From contig LBTE01000002.1 in NCBI GenBank assembly GCA_000989955.1, positions 85,326 to 149,325 of the forward strand: a DNA stretch of 64,000 nucleotides. Reading direction: 5' to 3'. This document shows positions 25,019-34,180 of this stretch, piece after piece (position 1 is the first letter of the stretch; every line of letters starts with the position of its first letter). The position numbers and the translations under genes were made by a program. The notes below the pieces were generated by a model, which saw only the letters and a list, made by a program, of their open reading frames with translations, made no database searches and was not told the DNA's origin. Origin of the DNA: a candidate division TM6 bacterium GW2011_GWF2_37_49. GTDB taxonomy: Bacteria; Babelota; Babeliae; Babelales; RVW-14.

Positions 25019-26185
25019 TTATTTAAAGAGTCCTAAGATTTTTCCAAACAGGCTCTCAATGTTTTTACCAAACAACACTCTGAGTTCTTTGAATGAAAGA
25101 TAAACAGCCAGAGATACAATTAAAATCCACGAAGCGAGATTGATGACAAGCTTGATTGTTTCTGGGATTTTGCGTCGAATGATCGCTTCTATCGTTACAA
25201 ACAATAGCTGGCCGCCGTCAAGCGCGCCGATTGGCAGAATGTTCATGACTGCAAGGCTTATACTCAACATCGCAAGAAATATCAAAAATGCTAAAATGCC
25301 ACTTTTGGCTACAGCTGCACCTTGCGAAAGAATCATGACTGGGCCCATCGTGCCTTCAAGGCTTCTGGAGCTGATAAGTTTTTTGATTCCAAGAATTAGG
25401 CCAACAATTAATTGATTTGTGTACTCAATTCCTGTTTTAATAGCTTTGAAAAATGGGAGCCGTGGCATTGGTGCATCAAAATATGCTCCCAGAATTCCAA
25501 ACTCTTTTCCATCATCATCAGGCTTTGATGCCAGTACTATTTTTAGAGCAAGATCTTCATTCGCTCGTTTTACAAACAATGTTACTTCTTTGTTAGGATT
25601 CAAACGTATCTCTGATAGCAAGTTTTGGCGCTGATCAAGCAGTGTTTCTTCATTTTCAAAATCTAGTTTTAGGTCGTTAATTCCTAATATTTTATCCTCT
25701 TCTTTAAGACCATATTTTGCTGCTGCTGAGTCTTTGACGATGTTGGCGACTTTAATGCCTTTATCTTTTGACGATGAGCCGATCAAAAACATTCCGCAAA
25801 ATATTGTGTAGGCAAATAAAAGATTAAAAAGTATGCCTCCGACAAGAATAAAAAACTTTTGCCAGTACCATTTGTTTGCGAATGAGTTATCTCCCGTGTC
25901 GTTAGCGTGTTCTTGCTCGCCCTGGCCGACTTCTGCCATGCCCGCTATTTCTACGTAACCGCCGAATGGAATTATGGCGAGCCTGAAGTCTGTTTGGCCT
26001 ATTTTACGTCTAAAAATTTCTGGGCCAAACCCGATTGAAAAAGTGGGCGTGTTGACGCCAAATACCTTGCAAAAAAAGAAATGCCCAAACTCATGGACTG
26101 TTATCAAAAGCCCAAGTCCTGCAAATGAGAAAATAATTGGAATAGCCTTGGATAAAACGTTTGGGATTAGATTTAAAATTTGCAT
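25019..26185 (-). CDS. rseP: RIP metalloprotease RseP (M50 site-2 protease with PDZ domain)
   Basis: HEFGHFFFCKVFGV (HExxH), a central PDZ-like segment, NILPIGALDGGQLLF. Confidence 0.85.
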   Translation of the reverse strand: MQILNLIPNVLSKAIPIIFSFAGLGLLITVHEFGHFFFCKVFGVNTPTFSIGFGPEIFRRKIGQTDFRLAIIPFGGYVEIAGMAEVGQGEQEHANDTGDNSFANKWYWQKFFILVGGILFNLLFAYTIFCGMFLIGSSSKDKGIKVANIVKDSAAAKYGLKEEDKILGINDLKLDFENEETLLDQRQNLLSEIRLNPNKEVTLFVKRANEDLALKIVLASKPDDDGKEFGILGAYFDAPMPRLPFFKAIKTGIEYTNQLIVGLILGIKKLISSRSLEGTMGPVMILSQGAAVAKSGILAFLIFLAMLSISLAVMNILPIGALDGGQLLFVTIEAIIRRKIPETIKLVINLASWILIVSLAVYLSFKELRVLFGKNIESLFGKILGLFK

Positions 26186-26203
26186 AAATTATTTCCTTTA
26201 AAA

Positions 26204-27637
26204 TTAACTTATTTCTTTTGGATATCCGCAAGCAAATAGCAGATCACGTTTTTTGATTTCAGTATCCGTTTTTGCTTCGAGCCACGAATAAAAATACTTC
26301 TCGTAATCTGATTTAGCTATTTCTAGTTCAACTTTTGATATTTCTCCAATTTTGAATTGCTGATTTTTAAGTTTGAGTTCATTTTTAGCATACTTTAATT
26401 CAAGATTTTTGGCTTTAAATGTTGTGTGCGATGAAAGTAGCGTGTGATAGGTTCTTTCAACATCAAATTTGGCTTGCTGCGCAGCCTGATCTTTATTTAA
26501 AAGCTCTTTAAGCATTGTTGCATGGGCTTCATTTTCTTTGTAATAACTTACAAGTCCATCAAAAATTGGCCAAGATACTTGGGCTGAAACGGTGTAATAA
26601 GAGTTGCGTCTTCCCAGGTAAACATCGGGGTCTGATTGCAATATTTTTGTTGTGCCAGTGTTCATGTATAAATTTACAGTTGGCATCCTGGATCCACGTG
26701 CGATTTTGACGCTGTCTTTGGCTATTTCAGAATTTTTGAGCGCAATCTTAAGCTCTTCACGATTTCTAATTGCGTAATCAAAATAAGTAACCAATGGGTT
26801 AATTGCTGCATTTTCGTCTTCCTTGGATTCATTTTTTATAAGCTTAAGTTTAAGTTTATAATTTTGATCAGCAGAAACATTGTTTTTTGGGTGACGTACA
26901 TCTTCAATTTCCAAATCCAAGGGTTGTCCCATAAAAAATTCTAATTTTTGTCTGGAAATTTCGACGAATTCATAATAATTATCGACTGTTGCAAGATTTA
27001 AAGCATGATCAGATGTGCTTTTTAACCAAGCGCTTTTATCTAAAAGTTCAACTCTGTTTGCATGTTCTGCTCGGGCAAAGCTTTCTGTGCTTGCACTGTA
27101 AAGAGCTTGAATGGCTTTTTGTTGTTGTTGAACCTGCCAGCATTCAAGAAAGGCTTTTTCTACCTCATTTCTAATGATTTTTTTATCTTTTTCATTCGTG
27201 TATTCAACAACTTGTGTTGCTTTGCGCGCTTGCTTGTAATACTCGATAGGTCCCGCAAAACTGTAAACAAGTTGATTGACATCAAGTTGGGCATTCAACG
27301 CTGGCGTTTTTTGCTTTTGTACTTGTGTATAGTCCGCACAAAGATTAATTTTGGGAAAGTAGCCAGCTAAAGCCTCTTTTGCCTTCATTTTGTATTCTTC
27401 AATTGCGTATTTATACGCCTTGAGGTCGGGTTTGTTTTGGTAAGCTATCTCAACAGCCTCATCTATTGTCAATGTTGTTTTGATTAGTGGTTGTGGTGAA
27501 ATTTCTGGTTTAGTGATCTTTATTTTCACTTCACCATGATCAATGTTCGAAGAGTTTGTTTTATTGGCTTGATAGCACTTAACATTTAGGATGGCCAAAC
27601 TTAAAAATACCATCATTCTAAAAATCGATTTTTTCAT
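26204..27637 (-). CDS. TolC-family outer-membrane efflux protein
   Basis: Signal peptide. LTIDEAVEIAYQNKPDLKAYKYAIEEYKMKAKEALAGYFPKINL, with a second repeat of the same architecture in the C-terminal half. Confidence 0.75.
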   Translation of the reverse strand: MKKSIFRMMVFLSLAILNVKCYQANKTNSSNIDHGEVKIKITKPEISPQPLIKTTLTIDEAVEIAYQNKPDLKAYKYAIEEYKMKAKEALAGYFPKINLCADYTQVQKQKTPALNAQLDVNQLVYSFAGPIEYYKQARKATQVVEYTNEKDKKIIRNEVEKAFLECWQVQQQQKAIQALYSASTESFARAEHANRVELLDKSAWLKSTSDHALNLATVDNYYEFVEISRQKLEFFMGQPLDLEIEDVRHPKNNVSADQNYKLKLKLIKNESKEDENAAINPLVTYFDYAIRNREELKIALKNSEIAKDSVKIARGSRMPTVNLYMNTGTTKILQSDPDVYLGRRNSYYTVSAQVSWPIFDGLVSYYKENEAHATMLKELLNKDQAAQQAKFDVERTYHTLLSSHTTFKAKNLELKYAKNELKLKNQQFKIGEISKVELEIAKSDYEKYFYSWLEAKTDTEIKKRDLLFACGYPKEIS

Positions 27638-28683
27638 TTTAAAAGCTCCTTGGTTTTTTCCAGCAATGTCTCAGATTTAAGTTTATACATATTGTTTTGG
27701 GCTTTTGTAGTTTTTTTTAAATTCCATTGATCAGGTTTATAAACCTGAATTGCATTTTTTATGTTATCTATGTTTAAAAATGGGCCAACAACCTTGTTAT
27801 TGGTTGGGCCAAATATCCCGATGGTTCTAATGTTTAAAAAGTCGGCCATGTGCAAAAGTCCCGTGTCAGGGGCAATGACCAAATTTGCTTTTGATATTAG
27901 GTATGCAGTGGCGTTTAAATTGAAAGGTGGCACGTATTTGATGGCTATGCCATGTTTTTCTAGCGTAAATGCAATGTTTTTGGCAGCCGCTCCAAAATCA
28001 CGACCTACAAGCAGTAGTTCACGATCTTGATATTGCTGTTTAAATAATTTTGCAAATTCTATCCAATTTTCATCCGGCCAATGCTTCGTTTCCCAAGTTG
28101 TATTTGGACAAATCAGTACAAAATTTGAAATATTGTTTTTTTGCAACCAATTATCGACTAAATCTTTGTTTTGTGGCTTAAAATTTAAATAAAACTCTTT
28201 TTTTAGTATGTCAATTGTCGGGCATTGCTTTATGTTACAAAGATCTTCAAGTACATTGCTTGCCAGGCTCAAATTTTTTTGAATTATGTTTTTATATTCG
28301 GGATTTGTTCGAATATGGGTAAACCATGTCGACATACTGGTTCTTGCGTGTGGTACTGCAAAACCAAATTTTTTGCCGTTCAAAAACATGATAAGGGCGC
28401 TTGTTTTATGTATCCCTTGAAAATCAATGATAGCATCCCAGCTTGTTTGCCTCATTTTTTTGATTGTTTTTAGAGTATGTAAAATGTTTTTAGTATTCAA
28501 AAATTTGTCGTTTATAACAAAAACATTTTCAAGAAATGGTTGATCAACAATAAGACTGGCGGCCTTTTTTTGAACGACCCAGCTGATTTGAGCGTGAGGG
28601 CAGTATTTTTTTATTAAAAATACTGCAGGTAACGTGTGGATAACATCCCCAATTGCCGACACTCTTACAATTAATATTTTCAT
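27634..28683 (-). CDS. GT9 family LPS heptosyltransferase (WaaC/WaaF-like)
   Basis: MKILIVRVSAIGDVIHTLPAVFLIKK ... PDTGLLHMADFLNIRTIGIFGPT. Confidence 0.75.
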   Translation of the reverse strand: MKILIVRVSAIGDVIHTLPAVFLIKKYCPHAQISWVVQKKAASLIVDQPFLENVFVINDKFLNTKNILHTLKTIKKMRQTSWDAIIDFQGIHKTSALIMFLNGKKFGFAVPHARTSMSTWFTHIRTNPEYKNIIQKNLSLASNVLEDLCNIKQCPTIDILKKEFYLNFKPQNKDLVDNWLQKNNISNFVLICPNTTWETKHWPDENWIEFAKLFKQQYQDRELLLVGRDFGAAAKNIAFTLEKHGIAIKYVPPFNLNATAYLISKANLVIAPDTGLLHMADFLNIRTIGIFGPTNNKVVGPFLNIDNIKNAIQVYKPDQWNLKKTTKAQNNMYKLKSETLLEKTKELLK

Positions 28684-28820
28684 AAGATGCCATTTTATTT
28701 AAAATTATTTAACATATAATGAGATGTTAATTCTACATTTTTTTTTGTTTAAGAGAAATAGATATATTTAAAATTAGTTGTTTTAAAGGCGAAAATTGGC
28801 CTTTTTAAGGAGTTATTCAG

Positions 28821-31580
28821 ATGATGGATAAGTTTAGCATGTTATTATTGGTTTTGTTTTTGATTGTTGTGGGACTGATGGCTTGGTACTTTTTGTATCG
28901 CAAACCGTCTATTTCTTCGATTAAATTCAAAAAGTTGGAATTTGAAGTTCCTGTTGATCAGGTCAAAAAGGTTGTTTTGCAGAATGGTATGACAATTCTG
29001 ATGTTTAAAGCAACGACTGTGCCAAAAGTCTTAGTGCAGGTGGCTTACGATATTGGATCTTACGTTGAAACTGCCGGAGAGCGTGGTTTAGCGCATTTAA
29101 TTGAGCATATGATATTTAAGGGCACTGATAAGCTGTCTGAGGGGGATATTGATGCTATTTCTCGTAAATATGGGGCTACATTCAATGCGTTTACATCAAA
29201 CGATATAACAAGCTACTATTTTGAGGCAAACAAGAGCAATTGGCAGCCATTCATAGGGATTCTTGCTGATTGTATGCAAAATGCCAGGTTTGATTCGGAA
29301 CATCTTGCATCTGAACTTAAAGCCGTTGTGCAAGAACTCAAAATGTACAAGGATAATTACTGGCGCAAGGTTTTTGAAAAGGCCTTTGAGTTAAGCTTTC
29401 CAGCAAACCATCCATACCATTATCCCGTAATCGGTTTTCAAGAAGACCTTTTACAGCTTAATTCAGACAATTTGAAGAAATTCTATAAAAAATACTATCG
29501 CCCAGACCATGCAACTCTGTTTATAGTTGGCGATTTTGACGAAGATGAGGCAATTAAGCTTGTTCGTGAAAATTTTGAACAAATTAAACCTGAAGGTGAT
29601 GTAACGATTCCAGAATTTCCAAAATTATTACCAAAATTTACATCAAGTAGCTTGAATTTTTACGAGGATGTAAAAAATAATTTACTATTTTTTTATTGGG
29701 TAATTCCTGGACTTAAAGACAAAAATGAAATTTTAAGTGGAGCTCTTAGCCACATTCTTGGCGGTGGCCAGGCAAGTCGTTTTTATCATAAACTTGTAGA
29801 TGATAAAAAGGCTGCAAATTCTGTTTCTGTCAGCTCAATGAAGCTTATGGAGGGAGGAATTTTTGGGATATTTATTGAGCCGGTTGAGGGCAAGAGTGAT
29901 TATTGCCAAAATTTGATAGTCAAAGAGCTTGGCAAAGTCTTGCGTAAGGGGTTTTCGCAGGATGAGTTGGATCGTATGATCAAAAACAATACCAGAGGCT
30001 TTTTTTCAAAACTTCAAAATTACGGAGAGTTCACATATTCATGGCTTAAGCATTACATGGCCACAAAAGATGAAAAGGCTGTTTTTAATAGGTTAAAAGA
30101 GCTTTCTCACATAACTAGCCAAGATTTATTAGAATTTATGAAGGAGTATATTGATCCGCTTTTGATGAATAGAATTGAGGTTTTGCCTTTACCTGAGAGC
30201 AAAAAAGAAAAATTGTTGCAGGTGCAAAAAATGTCTGATGAGATGGACAAGAAGATTTTGGATACACACAAACGCACAGCCCCTGTTGAGACCGCAAAGT
30301 TTGCAAATCAGATGGGTGATATTAAGCCCCTAGAATTTGTATTTCCAAAGCCAGATAAAGTTGTTTCTTTGGGAAATGGACTAGAAGTTATTTTAAAGAA
30401 AAGCCCAAGCTGGGGAATAGTCAGTCTTAATCTGAAATTTCGCAACTCGGAGTATTTAACCTCATCAAAAGAGGGTATTGCTGTAGGCTTGATGATGGAC
30501 ATGTTAATGGAGGGCTCAAAAGATTTTACAAAAATAGATAATGTGGAATTTTTTGAATCCAACGGTGTGGCGTACAGATTTGATGCAGACGGTGTTTCAT
30601 TAACATTGTTAAACAAAGGCTATGAATCAATTTTTGAACGCTTGTCTTATGTGCTTACAAATCCGATATTTCCTGCTGAGGCATTTAATAAATTAAAAAA
30701 TATTGCAATTGATAGCTTTAAACGTAGCAAAGATGAGCCAATGGAGGTATTAAGTCGGCTTGTTCGATGCACGGTTTATAAAAATCACCCGTTTGAATGG
30801 ACTTTTGACGATGCTATTAAAATGCTCACCACGGCGTCGCTTACAGATATCATGAAATTACATTTATCGTACATGGTTGCATCTGGAATGGTTTTGACCA
30901 TTGTTGGCGATTTTGATTTAGAAAAGATGGAGCAGAACGTTAAAAATATTTTTGGAGTATGGCCAAAAGAATCGATGAAAGATGCCAAATATCCTACTAA
31001 ATCAGAATTTATAAAACATTGCCAAATCGATGAATTTATGGTGCGTGACCAGGTTGTGCTTGGCTTTTGTCAGTCGAATAATCTAACAGTTTATGATGAA
31101 GACTTGGTTCCATTAAAAATGCTTAATTTTATTACATTTTATTCTTTGGGTTCTCGTTTATATCATTTGAGAGAGCAGACTGGATTATTTTATACGGCTG
31201 TTGGGGCGTTTGCTGCAGGCGCTGGGCGTACCCACGGTTTTGATTACCTTGGAGCTATTTTAAGCTTAGATAAGCTTGAGTTTGCCGAAAAAGAAATGCG
31301 CGGTTTGATAAAAGAGTTGGCTGAAAAAGGGGTTACACAAAAAGAAATTGAGGATGCTCGTCAGCTATATCTCAAGGCTTTGATTGATTCTGTTTCAAGC
31401 AGCGATTCAATTGCGGCCATGCTAGCGTATACTGAAACGATGGGGCTTGGCTTTGATTATTACGACAAGGTTTTGACTCGCGTGCAGTCGATGAATATAT
31501 CTGAGCTCAACGGCATTGCTGCTAAGTATTTTAAAATGGATGATATGACAAAGATTAGAATTGGTAGAGTTGGCAAGTAA
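28821..31580 (+). CDS. Two-unit M16 (pitrilysin/PqqL-like) zinc peptidase with N-terminal TM
   Basis: Inverted zinc motif GLAHLIEHMIFKGT (HxxEH). 919 aa, consistent with tandem M16 active and inactive halves. Confidence 0.85.
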   Translation: MMDKFSMLLLVLFLIVVGLMAWYFLYRKPSISSIKFKKLEFEVPVDQVKKVVLQNGMTILMFKATTVPKVLVQVAYDIGSYVETAGERGLAHLIEHMIFKGTDKLSEGDIDAISRKYGATFNAFTSNDITSYYFEANKSNWQPFIGILADCMQNARFDSEHLASELKAVVQELKMYKDNYWRKVFEKAFELSFPANHPYHYPVIGFQEDLLQLNSDNLKKFYKKYYRPDHATLFIVGDFDEDEAIKLVRENFEQIKPEGDVTIPEFPKLLPKFTSSSLNFYEDVKNNLLFFYWVIPGLKDKNEILSGALSHILGGGQASRFYHKLVDDKKAANSVSVSSMKLMEGGIFGIFIEPVEGKSDYCQNLIVKELGKVLRKGFSQDELDRMIKNNTRGFFSKLQNYGEFTYSWLKHYMATKDEKAVFNRLKELSHITSQDLLEFMKEYIDPLLMNRIEVLPLPESKKEKLLQVQKMSDEMDKKILDTHKRTAPVETAKFANQMGDIKPLEFVFPKPDKVVSLGNGLEVILKKSPSWGIVSLNLKFRNSEYLTSSKEGIAVGLMMDMLMEGSKDFTKIDNVEFFESNGVAYRFDADGVSLTLLNKGYESIFERLSYVLTNPIFPAEAFNKLKNIAIDSFKRSKDEPMEVLSRLVRCTVYKNHPFEWTFDDAIKMLTTASLTDIMKLHLSYMVASGMVLTIVGDFDLEKMEQNVKNIFGVWPKESMKDAKYPTKSEFIKHCQIDEFMVRDQVVLGFCQSNNLTVYDEDLVPLKMLNFITFYSLGSRLYHLREQTGLFYTAVGAFAAGAGRTHGFDYLGAILSLDKLEFAEKEMRGLIKELAEKGVTQKEIEDARQLYLKALIDSVSSSDSIAAMLAYTETMGLGFDYYDKVLTRVQSMNISELNGIAAKYFKMDDMTKIRIGRVGK

Positions 31581-31590
31581 TTGATGTAAT

Positions 31591-31745
31591 CAGGGATACA
31601 TCATGTGTGTTGTTGTAATTGCCCGATTCTATGCGTTGTGGGTAAAAATTGGTAATTTTTTAGATGCGGCCTGCTGGCATTGATTGGGTGTGGGCTAGCG
31701 AATAAAGTTTTTGAAAATTGCAAAAACTGCCACTGCTTTTAAAAC
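31591..31745 (+). repeat. Dispersed intergenic repeat family, copy 6 (forward)
   Basis: CAGGGATACATCATG ... TTTTTTAGATGCGGCCTGCTGGCATTGATTGGGTGTGGGCTAGCGAATAA ... GAAAATTGCAAAAACTGCC. Confidence 0.85.
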
Positions 31746-31760
31746 GCACGAACTAATCGA

Positions 31761-31793
31761 AAAAAGGGCGTACCACAAAGGACGCCCTTTTTT
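31761..31793. terminator. Bidirectional terminator between the convergent M16 peptidase and serpin genes
   Basis: AAAAAGGGCGTcc-acaaa-ggACGCCCTTTTTT. Confidence 0.7.
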
Positions 31794-31818
31794 CGGATAG
31801 TTATTACGGATGTTTATG

Positions 31819-32961
31819 TTAAAACATAATTCCAGGCATTTTAGAATATCCTTTCCACGAATCATAATTTATAACAGCTGCAAAAATCGGAGTTTGCATG
31901 CCTGGTCGCATAATCCAAAGATAAAAAGGTTTATTTATTGTGAATATTTTTTTATCGTGAGGTTCGCACATAGTCATAAGTCCTGAAATTGCCGCTGCAC
32001 TTTCAACTTTTGCACCTTTTTCATCCATCTCAAATTTAGTTTGTTGAAGAGCTTGAGCGATTGTGTATTGTGGCGCTAGGCAGGCTGCGGGATATCCTCG
32101 TATTTCCCTGCATGCCAATGTGCAAGCTTGCAATCCAACAAGCCACGATATATCAACTTCTTGATCGATACTAACTTTGGGGAAAATAGCCTGATCATAA
32201 TCGCTAATTTCATTTTCAGAAACAATACTTTTTTGCCACTTTTCAGTTATTGTTTCGAGTAATTCAAAATTAGCTGTATCAAATTGTTTATGTTTGGATA
32301 TGCGACCTCTTACCACTGGATTACACCCTGTTCCCGCTATGCCATATATTGCGTATTGATCGAGGATGGGCATCATGTATACCGTATCACCATTTTTTGC
32401 TTTAACTTCCAAAATTTCTGAATCTACAAAATCATAATCATTTCTTAATGTTTCGTTCAAGCGATGTTTTGAATGACTTGGCAAAGAGGAGAAGAAACGG
32501 CTGATATTATATTCGTTTAAACGTGAGTAATCGGTTGTAAGTTTATATACCTTAAACGTTTGTCCATTATTTTTATCAAATATTACAGCATCATAAGTGA
32601 ATGGCTGCGTACAGGTACCACCATCCATTTTTTGCGTATCGCCTTCTTTTTCCCATTCCAAAGCGATATTTAATATCGATGCGACGTAAAAGGCTAGTGG
32701 ATCGTGTAAATCTGTAAGTTGAATTTGAAAATTATGATCTTTTAAAAATTGGTTAACATCGCTAGCATTGTTTGATGCTTTTGATGTTATCTCTCCATTT
32801 TTGAATAAATCTAAATCTGTGTGGTTTTGCCAGTGCTGTTCGACCAAAATTTTTTGTTCTGAATTAACAGTGTTCCAGTGAATGTGATTATCGATTTTAT
32901 TAAAATCGTTTGCGCCAAATAGGGCAGCAAGAATAGGTAATATACAAATAGTTGATGACAT
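31819..32961 (-). CDS. Serpin-like protease inhibitor, exported
   Basis: The C-terminus aligns by eye with alpha-1-antitrypsin: DEKGAKVESAAAISGLMTMCEPHDKKIFTINKPFYLWIMRPGMQTPIFAAVINY versus [51 protein letters not shown]. Signal MSSTICILPILAALFGA. ATG at 32961 has a GGAG SD. Confidence 0.65.
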   Translation of the reverse strand: MSSTICILPILAALFGANDFNKIDNHIHWNTVNSEQKILVEQHWQNHTDLDLFKNGEITSKASNNASDVNQFLKDHNFQIQLTDLHDPLAFYVASILNIALEWEKEGDTQKMDGGTCTQPFTYDAVIFDKNNGQTFKVYKLTTDYSRLNEYNISRFFSSLPSHSKHRLNETLRNDYDFVDSEILEVKAKNGDTVYMMPILDQYAIYGIAGTGCNPVVRGRISKHKQFDTANFELLETITEKWQKSIVSENEISDYDQAIFPKVSIDQEVDISWLVGLQACTLACREIRGYPAACLAPQYTIAQALQQTKFEMDEKGAKVESAAAISGLMTMCEPHDKKIFTINKPFYLWIMRPGMQTPIFAAVINYDSWKGYSKMPGIMF

Positions 32962-33129
32962 ATTAATAATCTCCAAAAAAATATACAGCAATAAATATTT
33001 AACTGTTACTACTGATAATTCTACCGATTTTATTCAATTTGTCAAAAGTTGGACGCAACATCTAAAAATGTCTGTTTTTAAACTTGAAATTTATCAAAAA
33101 ATGCGTTTTTAATAAAAATTGCATGAAAT

Positions 33130-33348
33130 TTACCGTTTTTTTAGCCGCATAATTATTGCGGTTATTGGATTGCAGCTTAAAACGCGAATTACCACTAAAA
33201 ACACAGATTTAAACCCAGGCTTTTCTGTGATCATGTGTTTTGCGTAGTCGGAGCAAGAGACTGGATAAATGCAGGATGCGTTCATGAAACCAAAAAACGG
33301 CCTGATAACGTCAAACGTAGCGATTATAAAGCGCTGCCACAGTTTCAT
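33130..33348 (-). CDS. yidD: Membrane protein insertion efficiency factor YidD
   Basis: CIYPVSCSDYAKHMITEKPGFKSVFLVVIRVLSCNP. Sits immediately after rnpA. Confidence 0.8.
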   Translation of the reverse strand: MKLWQRFIIATFDVIRPFFGFMNASCIYPVSCSDYAKHMITEKPGFKSVFLVVIRVLSCNPITAIIMRLKKR

Positions 33349-33701
33349 GGAAGGTCTTTTTTTTTAGAAATATTTTGGATTAAAAACGACTTGAGTTCAT
33401 CAAACGTATGAAGCATTGCGCTTCTTGATGCGATTATTGTTGAAATTTCGGGATATTGATAAAGTTGCTCTTTATAAAAAATATCTTTAAGCCTACGGCG
33501 GAGTTGGTTGCGCAAGTTTGCCTTGCCACACGTTCTGGGAGTTATTATCAAAAGCTTGCCATGGATTGGCTCTACGTCATTTGCGTCTCTGATAACCTGC
33601 ATTAAACGTAGACCTCGAATGTGGGCCTTAAACTTGGATTTGCCGATAAAAGTGGAGATTTCTTTTTGAGAAAATTGAAACAGTTCTTTGAATTTTATCA
33701 T
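33345..33701 (-). CDS. rnpA: RNase P protein component
   Basis: GKANLRNQLRRRLKDIF (RNR motif). Follows rpmH. The track start at 33797 overlaps rpmH in another frame, so the ATG at 33701 is preferred. Confidence 0.75.
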   Translation of the reverse strand: MIKFKELFQFSQKEISTFIGKSKFKAHIRGLRLMQVIRDANDVEPIHGKLLIITPRTCGKANLRNQLRRRLKDIFYKEQLYQYPEISTIIASRSAMLHTFDELKSFLIQNISKKKDLP

Positions 33702-33730
33702 TGAAATAAAAATGGCCCTGAACGGGCCAT
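33702..33730 (-). terminator. Hairpin (attenuator/terminator) between rpmH and rnpA
   Basis: On the minus strand: ATGGCCC-gttca-GGGCCAT followed by TTTTTATTTCA, directly abutting the rnpA ATG. Confidence 0.5.
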
Positions 33731-33738
33731 TACTCAGC

Positions 33739-33873
33739 TTAGACTGATAATTTTTTGCGGCCTTTGGCTCGGCGGCGATTAATAATTTTGCGCCCATCGT
33801 TGGTTGCCATTCTCTTCAAAAAGCCGTGTTTTCTTTTTCTTTTTCTGTTGCTTGGCTGATACGTAAGTGACAT
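33739..33873 (-). CDS. rpmH: 50S ribosomal protein L34 (not in the supplied ORF track)
   Basis: Hand translation: [44 protein letters not shown]. Matches the L34 consensus (TYQPS.RKR...HGF..RM.T..GR.....RR.KGRK.L). Confidence 0.92.
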   Translation of the reverse strand: MSLTYQPSNRKRKRKHGFLKRMATNDGRKIINRRRAKGRKKLSV

Positions 33874-33916
33874 AAAAACTCCCAAATTTAAAGCTAATTT
33901 TTAACAAATTTACCTG

Positions 33917-33945
33917 ATTCTATCGCAATAATGCTTTAAAAGCAA
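33917..33945 (-). promoter_or_regulatory. Candidate sigma70-type promoter for rpmH
   Basis: Minus strand: TTGCTT - 17 nt - TAGAAT, about 45 nt upstream of the rpmH ATG. Confidence 0.4.
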
Positions 33946-33979
33946 GGACGTTTTTTAGCCCATTCAGTCGATTGTTACA

Positions 33980-34128
33980 ATGGCTATCTAAGTTTTTGCT
34001 ATTTTTGAAAAAATTGGTTTGGTCATAGCTATGGATCATGGCTGGCAGGCCGCACTATAAAATTTGTTGATTTTTATATGGGGCTCATTCAGTCTATGTT
34101 TTAGAAGACGTGTGTTGATGTATGAGCG
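33980..34128 (-). repeat. Dispersed intergenic repeat family, copy 7 (reverse)
   Basis: Reverse complement reads CGCTCATACATCAAC ... TTTTATAGTGCGGCCTGCCAGCCATGATCC ... TTTTTTCAAAAATAGCAAAAACTT. Confidence 0.8.
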
Positions 34129-34180
34129 TGAGGAGCGATGTTTTGGTGAGGTTGTGAAATGTTAAAATTGATTGTAAAGT

